A stretch of 64,000 nt of DNA from Limnothrix sp. BL-A-16. Lineage in GTDB: Bacteria; Cyanobacteriota; Cyanobacteriia; CACIAM-69d. Below the pieces are notes generated by a model. It searched no databases. It saw nothing but the letters and a program-made list of their open reading frames with translations, and was not told the origin of the DNA. Location of the stretch: assembly GCA_041937175.2 (NCBI GenBank), contig CP166615.1, positions 2,432,001-2,496,000 of the forward strand, read 5' to 3'. Positions 10,723-21,350 of this stretch are shown here, in pieces. Both the position numbers and the translations under genes were made by a program. Position 1 is the stretch's first letter. The number at the start of each line of letters is the position of its first letter.

Positions 10723-10789
10723 TGGCGTGGCAAGCTGATTTTGATCGGTCAAATCAGATGACTGTTGCCGTTACCCGATCACTAGGCAG

Positions 10790-10809
10790 CAAGGGGCTTC
10801 AGCCCCTTG
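10790..10809. repeat. Solo CAAGGGGCTTAAGCCCCTTG palindrome (one mismatch)
   Basis: CAAGGGGCTTCAGCCCCTTG between convergent genes. Confidence 0.75.
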
Positions 10810-10905
10810 TTATAACAACTGGACTCGCAAATTAGGGCAACCATGCTCGTCGGTCGGCCCTGAATTAGCCCTGAAATTTTGGGGTTTCCGTTTGGCGCTG
10901 ATGAG

Positions 10906-11655
10906 TTATTGACCGCCCGATCGGCTCGGGCTAGGAGCCGCCAGCCGCAGACGATCGAACCGGGCCCGATCGGGAGCATTGGTGATCACACCATCCACTC
11001 CCAATCTCAGGGCCCGCTCCATTTCAACGGGGTCGTCCACCGTCCAAACCCACAGGGCGGCCTCCCGCGATCGGGCCAGGGCAACCACTTCGGGGGTGAG
11101 CTGGCCATGGTGCAACGACACCACGGCCACCGCCCCCAATTCCCGATCGAGCGCGGCCCAATCCAGCGGGTCAGCCGCAATCGGCCCCAGGGGGAATTCA
11201 GGTGCGATCGCCCGCACCCGTTGCAGCATTGCCCAATTAAAAGACGTGAGCGTGACCTGTACTTGGGGAAATGCCCTCAGCAGTGCCACCAAGGCTTCCG
11301 GTAATTGGCGTTCCTGGCCATGACATTTCAGCTCCAAATTCAGGGCCACCCGATCGCCCACTTGGGCCAACGCCGCCGCCAGGGTTGGAATCCGGGTTCC
11401 CGCAAACCGGGGACTAAACCAAGATCCCACCTCCAATTGGGCTAAGTCCGCAGCGGTCAGTTGGTGGCTGGGGCGATCGACCCCGGCCAACCGCCGCAAG
11501 TTCGTGTCATGGAGCAGCACCAACGTGCCGTCCGCCAACTCCTGCACATCCAGCTCGATCGCATCCACCCGGTCAGCGATCGCCTGTTCGATCGCCACCA
11601 AGGTATTTTCGGGAGCGATCGCGGAACTGCCCCGATGGGCAATGAGCTGCACCAT
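10906..11655 (-). CDS. Glycerophosphodiester phosphodiesterase
   Basis: IAHRG...PENT, IELDV, HD..L.R, NLELK, WTVDD, GVITNAP; ATG 11655 preferred. Confidence 0.92.
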   Translation of the reverse strand: MVQLIAHRGSSAIAPENTLVAIEQAIADRVDAIELDVQELADGTLVLLHDTNLRRLAGVDRPSHQLTAADLAQLEVGSWFSPRFAGTRIPTLAAALAQVGDRVALNLELKCHGQERQLPEALVALLRAFPQVQVTLTSFNWAMLQRVRAIAPEFPLGPIAADPLDWAALDRELGAVAVVSLHHGQLTPEVVALARSREAALWVWTVDDPVEMERALRLGVDGVITNAPDRARFDRLRLAAPSPSRSGGQ

Positions 11656-11715
11656 AGTTCTGGAGCGAAAGGATTCGAGTCGAGGATTCAAGTCGAGGAA
11701 TCCGTTAACCGTTGC

Positions 11716-12642
11716 TTAGCCTACGGAAAGCGCCTCAGCAGACTGCGGGCGCGATCGGGGATAACGTTCCATCAGCGATCGCACCTGTTCCGCATGGTAC
11801 GAACTACGCGTCAGCGGCGAAGAAACCACCTGCAAAAAGCCCATGGCTTCCCCGGCCACTCGCCAAGCTTCAAACTGCTCCGGAGTCACAAAAGACTGCA
11901 CCGGCAAATGTTTGGGCGAAGGCTGAAGATATTGCCCAAGGGTCAGAATGTCACAGTCTACCGATCGCAGGTCGGCCATGGCTTGCTCCACTTCCGCCGC
12001 CGTTTCCCCCAGCCCAACCATGATTCCAGATTTGGTATAGAGCCAAGGGGCAAGGGTTTTGGCGCGTTGCAACAGTTCCAGGGTGCGTTGATAGTCCCCC
12101 TGGGGGCGCACCCGGCGATAAAGGCGGGCGATCGTTTCCGTGTTGTGGTTCAACACCTCCGGCCCCGCCGACAGGATGATGTCCAGCGCTGCCCAGTTGC
12201 CGCAAAGATCCGGAATCAACACCTCGATCGTGGTTCCCGGCGAGGCCGATCGCACGGCCGCAATGCATTGGCGAAACTGATCCGCCCCGCCATCGGGCAA
12301 ATCATCCCGGTTCACCGACGTAATCACCACATGGTTCAGCCGCATCCGGCGCACCGCTTCCGCCAGCCGCGTTGGTTCCGTGGGGTCAAGGGCTTTGGGC
12401 TTTTTCTCGAAGTCAATATCGCAATAAGGACAAGCGCGGGTGCAAGCGGGCCCCATGATTAAAAATGTGGCCGTTCCGGCATTGAAGCACTCGCCAATGT
12501 TGGGGCAGGAGGCTTCTTCGCAGACCGTGTTCAGGGCCAAGTCCCGCAAAATATCTTTGACATTGCCCACGCGCTCCCACTGGGGAGCCTTGACGCGGAG
12601 CCATTCAGGTTTTTGGGCGATCGGGTTGGAGTTTGGGTTCAC
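11716..12642 (-). CDS. lipA: Lipoyl synthase
   Basis: [20 protein letters not shown] (radical SAM), RSSYHA. Confidence 0.97.
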   Translation of the reverse strand: MNPNSNPIAQKPEWLRVKAPQWERVGNVKDILRDLALNTVCEEASCPNIGECFNAGTATFLIMGPACTRACPYCDIDFEKKPKALDPTEPTRLAEAVRRMRLNHVVITSVNRDDLPDGGADQFRQCIAAVRSASPGTTIEVLIPDLCGNWAALDIILSAGPEVLNHNTETIARLYRRVRPQGDYQRTLELLQRAKTLAPWLYTKSGIMVGLGETAAEVEQAMADLRSVDCDILTLGQYLQPSPKHLPVQSFVTPEQFEAWRVAGEAMGFLQVVSSPLTRSSYHAEQVRSLMERYPRSRPQSAEALSVG

Positions 12643-12703
12643 GAGTAGTCCGGTTGGGTTTCACCCAGTTTTGGGGCACTTATTCATTATTGATTAATTA
12701 ACA

Positions 12704-12759
12704 CTAATCAATTAGGGCTAATCAATTAGGGCTAATCAATTAGGGCTAATCAATTAGGG
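12704..12759. repeat. Perfect tandem repeat, 4 x 14 bp (CTAATCAATTAGGG)
   Basis: Read directly from sequence. Confidence 0.95.
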
Positions 12760-12866
12760 CTAATTCACAAATTCACATCGATTTCGCGCCCAAGGGAACG
12801 GCACAACCTCATGGGCGGGACTGCCTCAGCCGGTTTCTGAGTCGATCGGCCTTGGATTCCCAAAGG

Positions 12867-14723
12867 CTAATCCTGAGACTGGCGATTGTTGCCGGTGGGC
12901 TGGTTGGCCGTTGACACTTGGGCGGTGTTGGATTTGCCCTTTTGGGGTTGGCGAGCCTTGGCAAAATAGGCATCAATGACCGATCGGGTAACGGGGCCGG
13001 CCATCTTGCCACCGCCGCCACCATTTTCCAAAAACGCCACCACCACAATTTCCGGTTTTTCATAGGGCGCATAGGCCCCAAACCAAGCATGGGTTTCCCG
13101 GGGGGGATCTTCTGCCGTGCCGCTCTTGCCTGCCACCGACACCGTGCCATTCAGGGCTTTGCCCGTACCCGCCGTCACCACGCTCCGCAGGGATTTCCGC
13201 AACAGTTCCAAGGTGCTGGGTTTCAAACCCAAAGACTCCCGCTGAATCGGCGTGGACTGCACCAACCGGGGCTGCACCCGATATCCCCCATTGGCTACGA
13301 CTGAAAACATCACCGCCACTTGCAGGGGGGAAGCTTGCACGTAGCCCTGCCCGATCGAAGCGTTGACCGTATCTACCCGATGCCAAGGCCCCAAGTCATT
13401 TTTGCGCTTCCACTCATCACTGGGAATCAGCCCCTTGGCTTCTTCAAACCGCAACTCAATCCCCGTCGGTGAGCTAAAACCCAGCTTTCGGGCCCAAGTA
13501 ATCAGGTTTTTTTCGCCCGCCCGCAGGCCCGCTTGCCCAAAGAAGGTGTTGCTGCTCATGGCCATGGCACTGATGAAGCTCATGGGGCCAAAGCCGGACT
13601 TGTTCCAATCCCAAACCCGAGTTCCATCCACGGGCAAATAGGCATAGGTGGGCAGAACGGCATCGGGCGGAAGCTTGCCCGACTCCACCGCCGCCACAGT
13701 GGTCACCACCTTGAAGGTGCTGGCGGGGGGATAGGCCTGCAAAGCCCGGTTCACGAAGGGATGGCGGCGCTTTTGCAGGGCTTGCCAAGTGCGTTGGTCA
13801 ATCTTGCGGGTGAAGATATTGGGGTCAAACCGGGGTTCACTGGCCAGGGCCAACACTTCGCCAGTTTTGGGGTTCATGACCACTACAGCCCCGTTGCGTC
13901 CCCCCAAGGCCGATTCCGAAGCCCGCTGCAAGTCCACATCCAAATTGAGGTGGATATCTTCGCCGGGGCGAGCAGGGCGATCGTCCAGAATGTTGATCAG
14001 GTTGCCCTTGCCGTCAATTTCTACTCGGCCGCTACCGGGCTGGCCCCGCAGGGTAAATTCCAGGGATTTTTCAAGGCCCATTTTGCCCACAATGTCGCCG
14101 TAGCGATAGCCTTTGGCGGATTTTTGGGCCCGAAATCGGTTGCCTTCCAGTTCTTCCTTGCTGATTTCGCCGATGTAGCCCAAAACGTGGGCGGCCGTTT
14201 CACCGTAAGGATAGGAGCGGCTGGTTTCCCGTTCAATTTGCACCCCTTGCAGATCCACGCCATATTCCCGCAACCGCACGACCTCTTCGGGTTTCACGTT
14301 GTGCTGAACGGGAATCAGAAAGCGAGATTCAAAATCCAGGTGATCGGCCCGAGCCTGTAGATCATCTTCTGAAATATTCAGAGTGGTGGCCAGGATATTC
14401 CGCAGCCGCGGCCAGTTGGGCCGATTCACCGCTGTGCGCCAAACGGAGACGGAGTGGGTGAGCTGGTTACCCGCGAGCAGGTTGCCGTTGCGATCGAGCA
14501 GGTTGCCCCGGCTGGGAATTTTGGGGATGGTTTGAATGCGGTTGCGCTCGGCCCGGGCCCGCAGGGCCTCACCTTCCATGAGCTGGAGATGCACCAAGCG
14601 CTGGGCCAGTCCCCCAAAGATCAATAGGGAAACCACACCCATCAAAATCCAACCTTGGTTTGATCGCCCGATGGTGCGGCCATCGGTGTTGAGGCGATCG
14701 TACAGCGGTTGTAGCAGCGTCAT
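12867..14723 (-). CDS. mrdA: Class B penicillin-binding protein 2, copy 1
   Basis: RG..LDRNG, YP.G..AAHVLGY, PPASTFK, SSN, GKSGTAE; ATG 14723 preferred. Confidence 0.9.
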   Translation of the reverse strand: MTLLQPLYDRLNTDGRTIGRSNQGWILMGVVSLLIFGGLAQRLVHLQLMEGEALRARAERNRIQTIPKIPSRGNLLDRNGNLLAGNQLTHSVSVWRTAVNRPNWPRLRNILATTLNISEDDLQARADHLDFESRFLIPVQHNVKPEEVVRLREYGVDLQGVQIERETSRSYPYGETAAHVLGYIGEISKEELEGNRFRAQKSAKGYRYGDIVGKMGLEKSLEFTLRGQPGSGRVEIDGKGNLINILDDRPARPGEDIHLNLDVDLQRASESALGGRNGAVVVMNPKTGEVLALASEPRFDPNIFTRKIDQRTWQALQKRRHPFVNRALQAYPPASTFKVVTTVAAVESGKLPPDAVLPTYAYLPVDGTRVWDWNKSGFGPMSFISAMAMSSNTFFGQAGLRAGEKNLITWARKLGFSSPTGIELRFEEAKGLIPSDEWKRKNDLGPWHRVDTVNASIGQGYVQASPLQVAVMFSVVANGGYRVQPRLVQSTPIQRESLGLKPSTLELLRKSLRSVVTAGTGKALNGTVSVAGKSGTAEDPPRETHAWFGAYAPYEKPEIVVVAFLENGGGGGKMAGPVTRSVIDAYFAKARQPQKGKSNTAQVSTANQPTGNNRQSQD

Positions 14724-15185
14724 AGGATGATCGGCCGATGGAAAGAGGGAGCAAGGGGAAAAATCCCAAGCGGACAACAATCAGCAAGCGCAAGAGCAGT
14801 TAGCGATCGAACCAACGGGTGCAGGTCATGGGCAAACTGGTCTAGCTCTGAGCATCAACGCATAGGCTCGGGGTCAATGGCTCGGGGCGATCGCACAGGG
14901 AAAGAGCAACGGGACGGGAAAAACAAGATCAGGAATACGGCAACCCTTGGAATCCCAAAAATTAGGCTTTTGGGGACTCGATCGGGAGTTGGTTGATGGG
15001 CGGTGGGTGCTTAAGTGACCCATTGATGAGGGTTTCTGTTTTTCACCCATGCCCAATCGGCCGTCGCCCAATACTTTACCGGAAATTCTGAGGGTGACCA
15101 AACCAGTTTTGGGCATTTGGAGCGATCGGGTTCCGCAAAGACCTGATGGCACGCTGTTTTGTGGCTTGGGGCGCAGGGCTGATTA

Positions 15186-15268
15186 GGGATTCTGATGGTT
15201 TGATGACATTAGGCTCGAAATCTTGAATCCGGGATTCTGATGGTTTGATGACATTAGGCTCGAAATCT
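15186..15268. repeat. 38 bp perfect direct repeat, two copies 7 bp apart
   Basis: GGGATTCTGATGGTTTGATGACATTAGGCTCGAAATCT at 15186-15223 and 15231-15268. Confidence 0.9.
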
Positions 15269-15528
15269 CGAGCAACTGCCTGAATTGCGCCTCATTAGCC
15301 TCATGAATGGATGCGAATAAATGAATTTAGGGGCGCTCGACTCGTGCGATCGCCCCTAAATGGTTGCTGAGTTGCTGAGATTGACCTGCTCTTAACTGTT
15401 CTGAGATCCAGGGACTACAGAAGGTTGGCCTTGAAAGATCCGCTTGCTGGATTGGTCTTGATGGGCCTTGGGCAGGCCTTGGGCAGGTTTTTCGTGGATT
15501 TTTGCGAATCTGCTCCTTGGCGAATCTG

Positions 15529-17328
15529 CTACGGATTCGCGGGCGGGTTAGAGGCGGGCGGTTTCGGGCCGAAGTAAGCCTTGAACACTTCCTTCGCGAT
15601 CGGGGCCGCCACAGCTCCCCCATAGCCAGCATTTTCCACGGCCACCGCCAGGGCAATTTGCGGTTGATCCACCGGGGCATAGCCCACATACATCGCGTTA
15701 TTAGGGCCGCTGGGCACTTCGGCGGTTCCCGTTTTGCCAGCGCTAGGGGGCAGACTGGGATCGTTGAGCACTTTAGCGGTTCCCTGACGCACCACGGCAT
15801 TGAGTCCTTGGCGCACCACGTTGAGGGTTTCGGGCTTCAGGCCGATCGACTGGGGTTGAAAGTCCGATTGGCTGGTTTGGTTAGCCAACAGGTGGGGAAC
15901 CACGCGCTTCCCTCCATTGGCGATCGCGGAAACGACCGTGGCCAGTTCCAAAGGCGTGGTTAAAACCAATCCTTGCCCGATCGACATACTGACCGTATCG
16001 CCCAAATACCAGGGTTGACGGTACAGAGTCTGTTTGGTGGCCGGCGTGGGCAACATGCCACGACTGCCCAACAGCCCCAACTTCAGCGGCTGCCCAATAC
16101 CTAGGGCCTGGCCCCATTGGGCGATCGCCTCGGGGCCCGTCTTCATTCCCACCTGGTAATAGAAGGTATTGCTGCTGACTTCGAGGGCCCTCGCAAAGCC
16201 GATCGTGCCGTAGCCGCCGCCCCCATGCTCCCGAAACACCGTTCCCCCCAGGGACAGGGCCCCGGCAGTGCCCACCATGGCGTTCGGGCTATAGGCTCCC
16301 GACTCGATCGCCGCCACCGAAGTCACAATCTTGAACGTGCTGGCCGGGGGATAGCCCTGGAGGGCCCGATTCAACAGGGGGCGGCTGGGGTCTTGAAGTT
16401 GGGCCCACTGGTTTTTGGTAATTCGCTGGGTAAACCAATTGGAATCAAACGTGGGGCTGCTGGCCATGGCCAAAATGGCCCCCGTGCGGGGATCCATGGC
16501 CACCACTGCACCGCGCCGGCCCTGGAGTCCCCGTTCCGCCGCCTGTTGCACTGCCAAATCTAGCGTTAACCGAAGGGGCTGACCCGGTTTTGGGGGCCGT
16601 TGGCCCGCCGGTCGCAACAGCCGGCCCTTGGCATCCGCTTCAATCCAGTCGTAGCCCCAAGTGCCCCGCAGGGTCGCTTCTGCCAATCGTTCAATGCCCG
16701 CCTTGCCCACGGTGGCTCCCATGGGCAGATCGGGGTTGTTTTTAATATCCTCGGGGTTCGCTTCCCCCAAATAGCCAATCACATGGGCGGCGGTGGAACC
16801 GTGGGGATAGTCCCGCTCGGCTTCCACGCGCACGGCGAGGATGCCTGCCCCTGGATCCAGTTCTGCCAGCCGGACAAACCCCTCAGGGGTCAGATCTCGG
16901 GCCACCCGAATGGGCATATCGCCCCGGCCCTGTTGGCGCTGAGTGGCAATTTGTTGGGCAATGTCCGCAACGGGGCGATCGAAAATGCTTTCCATCGGCT
17001 TCAGGATCCGTTGCCACTCGGCCGGGCTGTGGCGCTGGGGCGACAGATACACGCTGCGAATCAAACGACTCCGAGCGAGCACCTGGCCCTTGCGATCGAA
17101 CAGGGCCCCCCGATCGGGAACCAAGGGCAACCCCCGCAGTCGGTTCCGCTCTGCGGCCTGGCGCTGCACAGCCCCCTCCACCAGTTGCAAACGACTGAGG
17201 CGAAATGCCAAGGATCCAATCAACGCCGTTACCAAAGTCATCAAAACCAGGGCACGGAAAGTTTGGGCACGATCGGGCGCGATCGATGGCGAGGCAAAGC
17301 CGCCCCTACGAATAGATACCAATCCCAT
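15529..17328 (-). CDS. mrdA: Class B penicillin-binding protein 2, copy 2
   Basis: RG..FDRKG, PPASTFK, SSN, GKTGTAE; N-terminal TM. Confidence 0.9.
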   Translation of the reverse strand: MGLVSIRRGGFASPSIAPDRAQTFRALVLMTLVTALIGSLAFRLSRLQLVEGAVQRQAAERNRLRGLPLVPDRGALFDRKGQVLARSRLIRSVYLSPQRHSPAEWQRILKPMESIFDRPVADIAQQIATQRQQGRGDMPIRVARDLTPEGFVRLAELDPGAGILAVRVEAERDYPHGSTAAHVIGYLGEANPEDIKNNPDLPMGATVGKAGIERLAEATLRGTWGYDWIEADAKGRLLRPAGQRPPKPGQPLRLTLDLAVQQAAERGLQGRRGAVVAMDPRTGAILAMASSPTFDSNWFTQRITKNQWAQLQDPSRPLLNRALQGYPPASTFKIVTSVAAIESGAYSPNAMVGTAGALSLGGTVFREHGGGGYGTIGFARALEVSSNTFYYQVGMKTGPEAIAQWGQALGIGQPLKLGLLGSRGMLPTPATKQTLYRQPWYLGDTVSMSIGQGLVLTTPLELATVVSAIANGGKRVVPHLLANQTSQSDFQPQSIGLKPETLNVVRQGLNAVVRQGTAKVLNDPSLPPSAGKTGTAEVPSGPNNAMYVGYAPVDQPQIALAVAVENAGYGGAVAAPIAKEVFKAYFGPKPPASNPPANP

Positions 17329-17428
17329 AGCAAGTGCAAGCCAGCAGGGCTACCGACGACGAAGGGCTATTGCTTGTCTGATCCGCACCCAACCACCCCC
17401 CCTCGGGATAGGTCTTGCTCAACGACCG

Positions 17429-17442
17429 GTAACGAACATTAC
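17429..17442. promoter_or_regulatory. NtcA-type box GTA-N8-TAC
   Basis: GTAACGAACATTAC in the divergent region between mrdA and glnB. Confidence 0.5.
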
Positions 17443-18064
17443 AAAACCCTGATGAGATCCAGTGCTAACTGTTAACCCAACGCAACCAGGGATATACAGC
17501 CCACTAGCCTGAGCGACCCCGGCTTTTGATAGGCTAGCCTTAAAAATGCCAACCACTGTTCTCTGGCTCTTGCAGGTGGGCAGTTCCAGGCTTTAGCGTG
17601 GCCTGTACAGGCACTTGCGCCAACGTGCAACCTCGTCCGGTGGCCAAACTCAGGGGTCAAGCTCAGCATTGTCCAGCCTGCAAGGGTCAGCCTGTGGATA
17701 ACGCCCCACGGTGTTGTTCATCTCTGATCTAGCTCAGCCGCCTGGCTTTTGCCCCGCTAGCGGGGTTGATAACCAGGTTCATCACCGGGTTGATAAAATG
17801 CCGATTTCGCCAGAGATGTCGGCTTGTTGTGCAGGCCACGGCCAACCCTTCTATGCTTGGGTGTTGGTTGATCCCAACTGGGTTGCCCAAACTGGGTTGC
17901 CAACTCCCAAGGAGCCAGATCCCTGGGTTGGTGATGGGGCTGCAACACCCAGGCTAGAACCAGGCGATCGCTGAGATCCTGTGTGCAACCACTCCGACGC
18001 AAACCCGCTCCTAACCTTAGGATTTTGAGGTGTGCCAAGGGGGAAGGCCACAATGGCCCAGTGA

Positions 18065-18445
<381 letters not shown>

Positions 18446-18675
18446 GGCAATGCCGCCGCACCAGGGAGGGGCCCCTTCGCTCCTCGCTGGTGATGAATTG
18501 CTGGTGATGATTTAGATTCTGCGTCTGATTACCAACGACGGTCTGAAGGGCCGTTTTGTGTTGACCGATGGGGGGCTGCTGGGCCCCGCGTCGGTTTTTG
18601 GTTGATGGGTCGTTTGGAATCGGTGTTTTGGATCGGGATTGGGTCGGTGTTTGGGTTGAATGTGCTGGCGGTGGT

Positions 18676-18966
18676 CTAGCGGAACGTGAAGCCCAAACGC
18701 TCCCAGGTGTCGGCCCCAACGATGCCATCGGGCGTGAGACCGTAGGCCGATTGGGCCTGTTTGACGGCAATTTCGGTTTGGGGGCCAAACATGCCGTCCG
18801 GTTGCCCCGCGTCGAAACCACGCATGTTTAGTTCATGCTGGACGACCTGCACAAGGTTGCCCCGATCGCCCAGTCGCAAAATATCGCTGACCACTTGGTC
18901 GCTGGCCGGCACGCCGGAGCGTTCGGATTTAGCCGGTGGGTTATTGCTAGACAAGATATTCACCAC
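18676..18966 (-). CDS. Small peptidoglycan-binding (PG_binding_1) domain protein
   Basis: LRLGDRG..V..VQ..L...G......DGMFG..TE.AV...Q...GL..DGIVG..TW. Confidence 0.8.
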   Translation of the reverse strand: MVNILSSNNPPAKSERSGVPASDQVVSDILRLGDRGNLVQVVQHELNMRGFDAGQPDGMFGPQTEIAVKQAQSAYGLTPDGIVGADTWERLGFTFR

Positions 18967-19079
18967 TCCAAATCAACTGAAAGCCACTCCAATAAGGGTC
19001 TTGACGACTATCGTAGGGGCTGCGATCGCTATGGTAGCGCCCGCTTTGGCGATTGCGGCGCTGGGCTGTGGGGGAAAGG

Positions 19080-19763
19080 CTAGGGTTGGCGCTGGCGGAG
19101 GATAAATTCCGCGATCGCCAAGTCCTGGGGTGTGGTGACTTTCAGGTTGGTTTCTTCGCCCATCACGATTTTTACCGGCAGGCCGCAGCGTTCAAACAGG
19201 GCGGCATCGTCGGTGACTTCCCAGTTTTCGGCCAAGCCCCGATCGTGGCAGGCCTTGAGGGTGGCCACTTCAAAACCTTGGGGCGTTTGGGCGGCCCAGA
19301 GGGTGGCGCGATCGGGTGTGTTGCTAACGATTTGGTTCGCATCCACCTGCTTAATTGTGTCCTTGACGGGGATCGCGGCGATCAACCCGGGACAGGTGGC
19401 CAGCTCGGCGGTGCAGCGATCGAACAATTCCGGTGTGGCCAAGCAGCGGGCCCCGTCATGGATCAAGACGCGATCAGCTTCCGGGGGCAAAGCTTGCAGG
19501 CCGTTGTAGACCGAGGCTTGGCGGGTGTCGCCGCCTTGGATAAACACCACGGGTTTGGTCAGATTGAGACCTTGGGCGATCGCTTCAAACTCAGGCCGGT
19601 CGATCGGCTGACACATGATGCCAATCCAGGCGATCGACGGGCTGGCCTCGGCAGCCTTCAGCGTCCAAGCAAAAATTGTTTCGCCTGCTAGGTCGATCAG
19701 GAGTTTGTTGCGATCCGCGCCCATGCGCTTGCCGGAGCCGGCCGCCGGAATCAGGAGATACAA
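19080..19763 (-). CDS. ispD: 2-C-methyl-D-erythritol 4-phosphate cytidylyltransferase
   Basis: LIPAAGSGKRM, GG.TRQ.SV, IHDGAR, AQTPQGF, TDDAAL, NLKVTTP.D; TTG 19763 preferred. Confidence 0.95.
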   Translation of the reverse strand: MYLLIPAAGSGKRMGADRNKLLIDLAGETIFAWTLKAAEASPSIAWIGIMCQPIDRPEFEAIAQGLNLTKPVVFIQGGDTRQASVYNGLQALPPEADRVLIHDGARCLATPELFDRCTAELATCPGLIAAIPVKDTIKQVDANQIVSNTPDRATLWAAQTPQGFEVATLKACHDRGLAENWEVTDDAALFERCGLPVKIVMGEETNLKVTTPQDLAIAEFILRQRQP

Positions 19764-19887
19764 AATCGGGTTCCTAAAAATGTTGTGACTGAGCTGTGAT
19801 TGCACAAAATCGTGATTGAGCAAATCGCCCGATCAAGATTCAATCGACTTTCTCTGGAATTCGCAAGGCTGTGGATGGGCAGCCCTG

Positions 19888-20029
19888 GGGGCTGTCATCA
19901 TTGGTTGGGCGCAAGCTGAAATGGTTGATTTTCCATGCCCCAATCGTCGTAACAAGGGGCTTAAGCCCCTTGCTGCCCACGAGTTGCTAACGGTGGAATC
20001 AGGGTTTCAGGCGATTTGACGATACTCCC
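19888..20029 (-). mobile_element. MITE copy (142 bp) with internal palindrome
   Basis: Ends GGGGCTGTCATCATT / TTTGACGATACTCCC followed by TA; central CAAGGGGCTTAAGCCCCTTG. Confidence 0.7.
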
Positions 20030-20174
20030 TAAACCCTGGAGTGGATTTGGGCGATCGAGTTGACCCCAGAGCAGATCCTCTTAAAATTGAGAGCGATTCC
20101 TTGTCGTAGCGATTTGGATTCGCCTGCGAAGTCCTCGCGGGTCGAAGCGCCATTGCCCGCAACCGGTGATGATA

Positions 20175-20313
20175 GGGATCGTCGTCATTGCGCCTGAGAC
20201 CTGGATCTACCCTTGGCAGATCTTGGGGCAAGGGGCTTAAGTCCCTTGTTACGACGGTTGGGGTACGGAAAACCAACCGTTTCAGCCTCACCGAAAGAAA
20301 TGACGACACCCGC
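20175..20313 (+). mobile_element. MITE copy (139 bp) flanked by TA
   Basis: TA-GGGATCGTCGTCATT ... AATGACGACACCCGC-TA; central palindrome with one mismatch. Confidence 0.7.
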
Positions 20314-20387
20314 TAGGCTTCATTTCACAGATTTCGATCGATTTCGATATTGTTTTACCGCCGCTACTTGGCAACCCCGCGAGTTTT

Positions 20388-21350
20388 ATGATGCAGATCC
20401 TCGCCCTCGTACCTGGTGGCATTGGCGACCAGATCTTATTTTTTCCCGCCCTGACCCAACTGAAGCAGGCCTACCCCAAGGCACAGATTGACGTGGTGGT
20501 GGAACCGCGATCGGTTGCGGCCTACCAGGTCTGTGCCTCCGTGCGCGACACGATCGCCTTTGACTTCAAAGACCGCAACAGTCCCGCCGACTGGGGCAAC
20601 CTGCTGGGCACAATCCGCGATCGGGAGTATGACGCGGTGCTGTCGCTGGGGCGGCGGTGGGCCGTGGGGCTGCTACTGTGGCTGACGGGGATTCCCAAGC
20701 GTGTGGGCTATGCAGCCGGTGGCAAGATGTTTTTGACCGATCCCGTGCCCCTGAACCTGGATCAATACGCGGGCGATCTCTATCACGACCTGGTGCGCGG
20801 CTTCGGGATCACGGCTCCCCGGCCGGCCCTGTCGCTGCAAGTGCCCCAAAAGGAACTGGCCTGGGCCGAAGCAGAGCAAGCCCGCTTGGGGATCAAGGGT
20901 CAGGGCTATTTGCTGGTGCATGGCGGTTCCAGTGCCATGGCCAAGCTGAAGGGCTTTGATAAGGTCTATCCGGTGGACTCCTGGAAGGCGGTGCTGACCA
21001 AGGTGCAACAGGCCAAGCCGGAACTCCCGATCGTGCTGGTGAAGGGGCCCGATGACACGGACTTTGTGGCCACGTTGCAGGCCGCTTGCCCGAGCCTGAA
21101 GCTGGTGACTCCCAACAACATTGGCCAACTCGCGGCAATCACGGCGGGGGCGAATGTGATGCTCTGTGGCGACAGTGGCCCGATGCATATTTCGGTGGCC
21201 CTGGGGACTTACACGATCGCCCTGTTTGGCCCCACCGATCCTGCTAAGCTGCTGCCACCCGGGGACGATCGCTTCGTGGCCATCAAGTCCCCGACCGATC
21301 AGATGAGCGACATTCCCCCCAGCGCCATTCTGGAGAAGTTGGGTGTCTAG
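20388..21350 (+). CDS. Glycosyltransferase family 9 (heptosyltransferase-like)
   Basis: GGIGD, DSGPMH..VALG...IALFGPT.P. Confidence 0.9.
   Translation: MMQILALVPGGIGDQILFFPALTQLKQAYPKAQIDVVVEPRSVAAYQVCASVRDTIAFDFKDRNSPADWGNLLGTIRDREYDAVLSLGRRWAVGLLLWLTGIPKRVGYAAGGKMFLTDPVPLNLDQYAGDLYHDLVRGFGITAPRPALSLQVPQKELAWAEAEQARLGIKGQGYLLVHGGSSAMAKLKGFDKVYPVDSWKAVLTKVQQAKPELPIVLVKGPDDTDFVATLQAACPSLKLVTPNNIGQLAAITAGANVMLCGDSGPMHISVALGTYTIALFGPTDPAKLLPPGDDRFVAIKSPTDQMSDIPPSAILEKLGV

Noticed and set aside
11461..12462. Long antisense or alternate-frame ORFs (also 2021-2818, 5627-6586, 13533-14360, 16600-17475, 40408-41235, 56849-57586)
   Set aside because: Shadows of well-supported genes in GC-rich DNA, with no recognisable motifs
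15186..15268. Mini-CRISPR (38 bp repeat)
   Set aside because: Only two copies and a 7 bp gap, far too short for a spacer
17693..17795. oriC (DnaA boxes)
   Set aside because: One perfect TGTGGATAA and two weak GGTTGATAA only; no dnaA/dnaN and no AT-rich unwinding element
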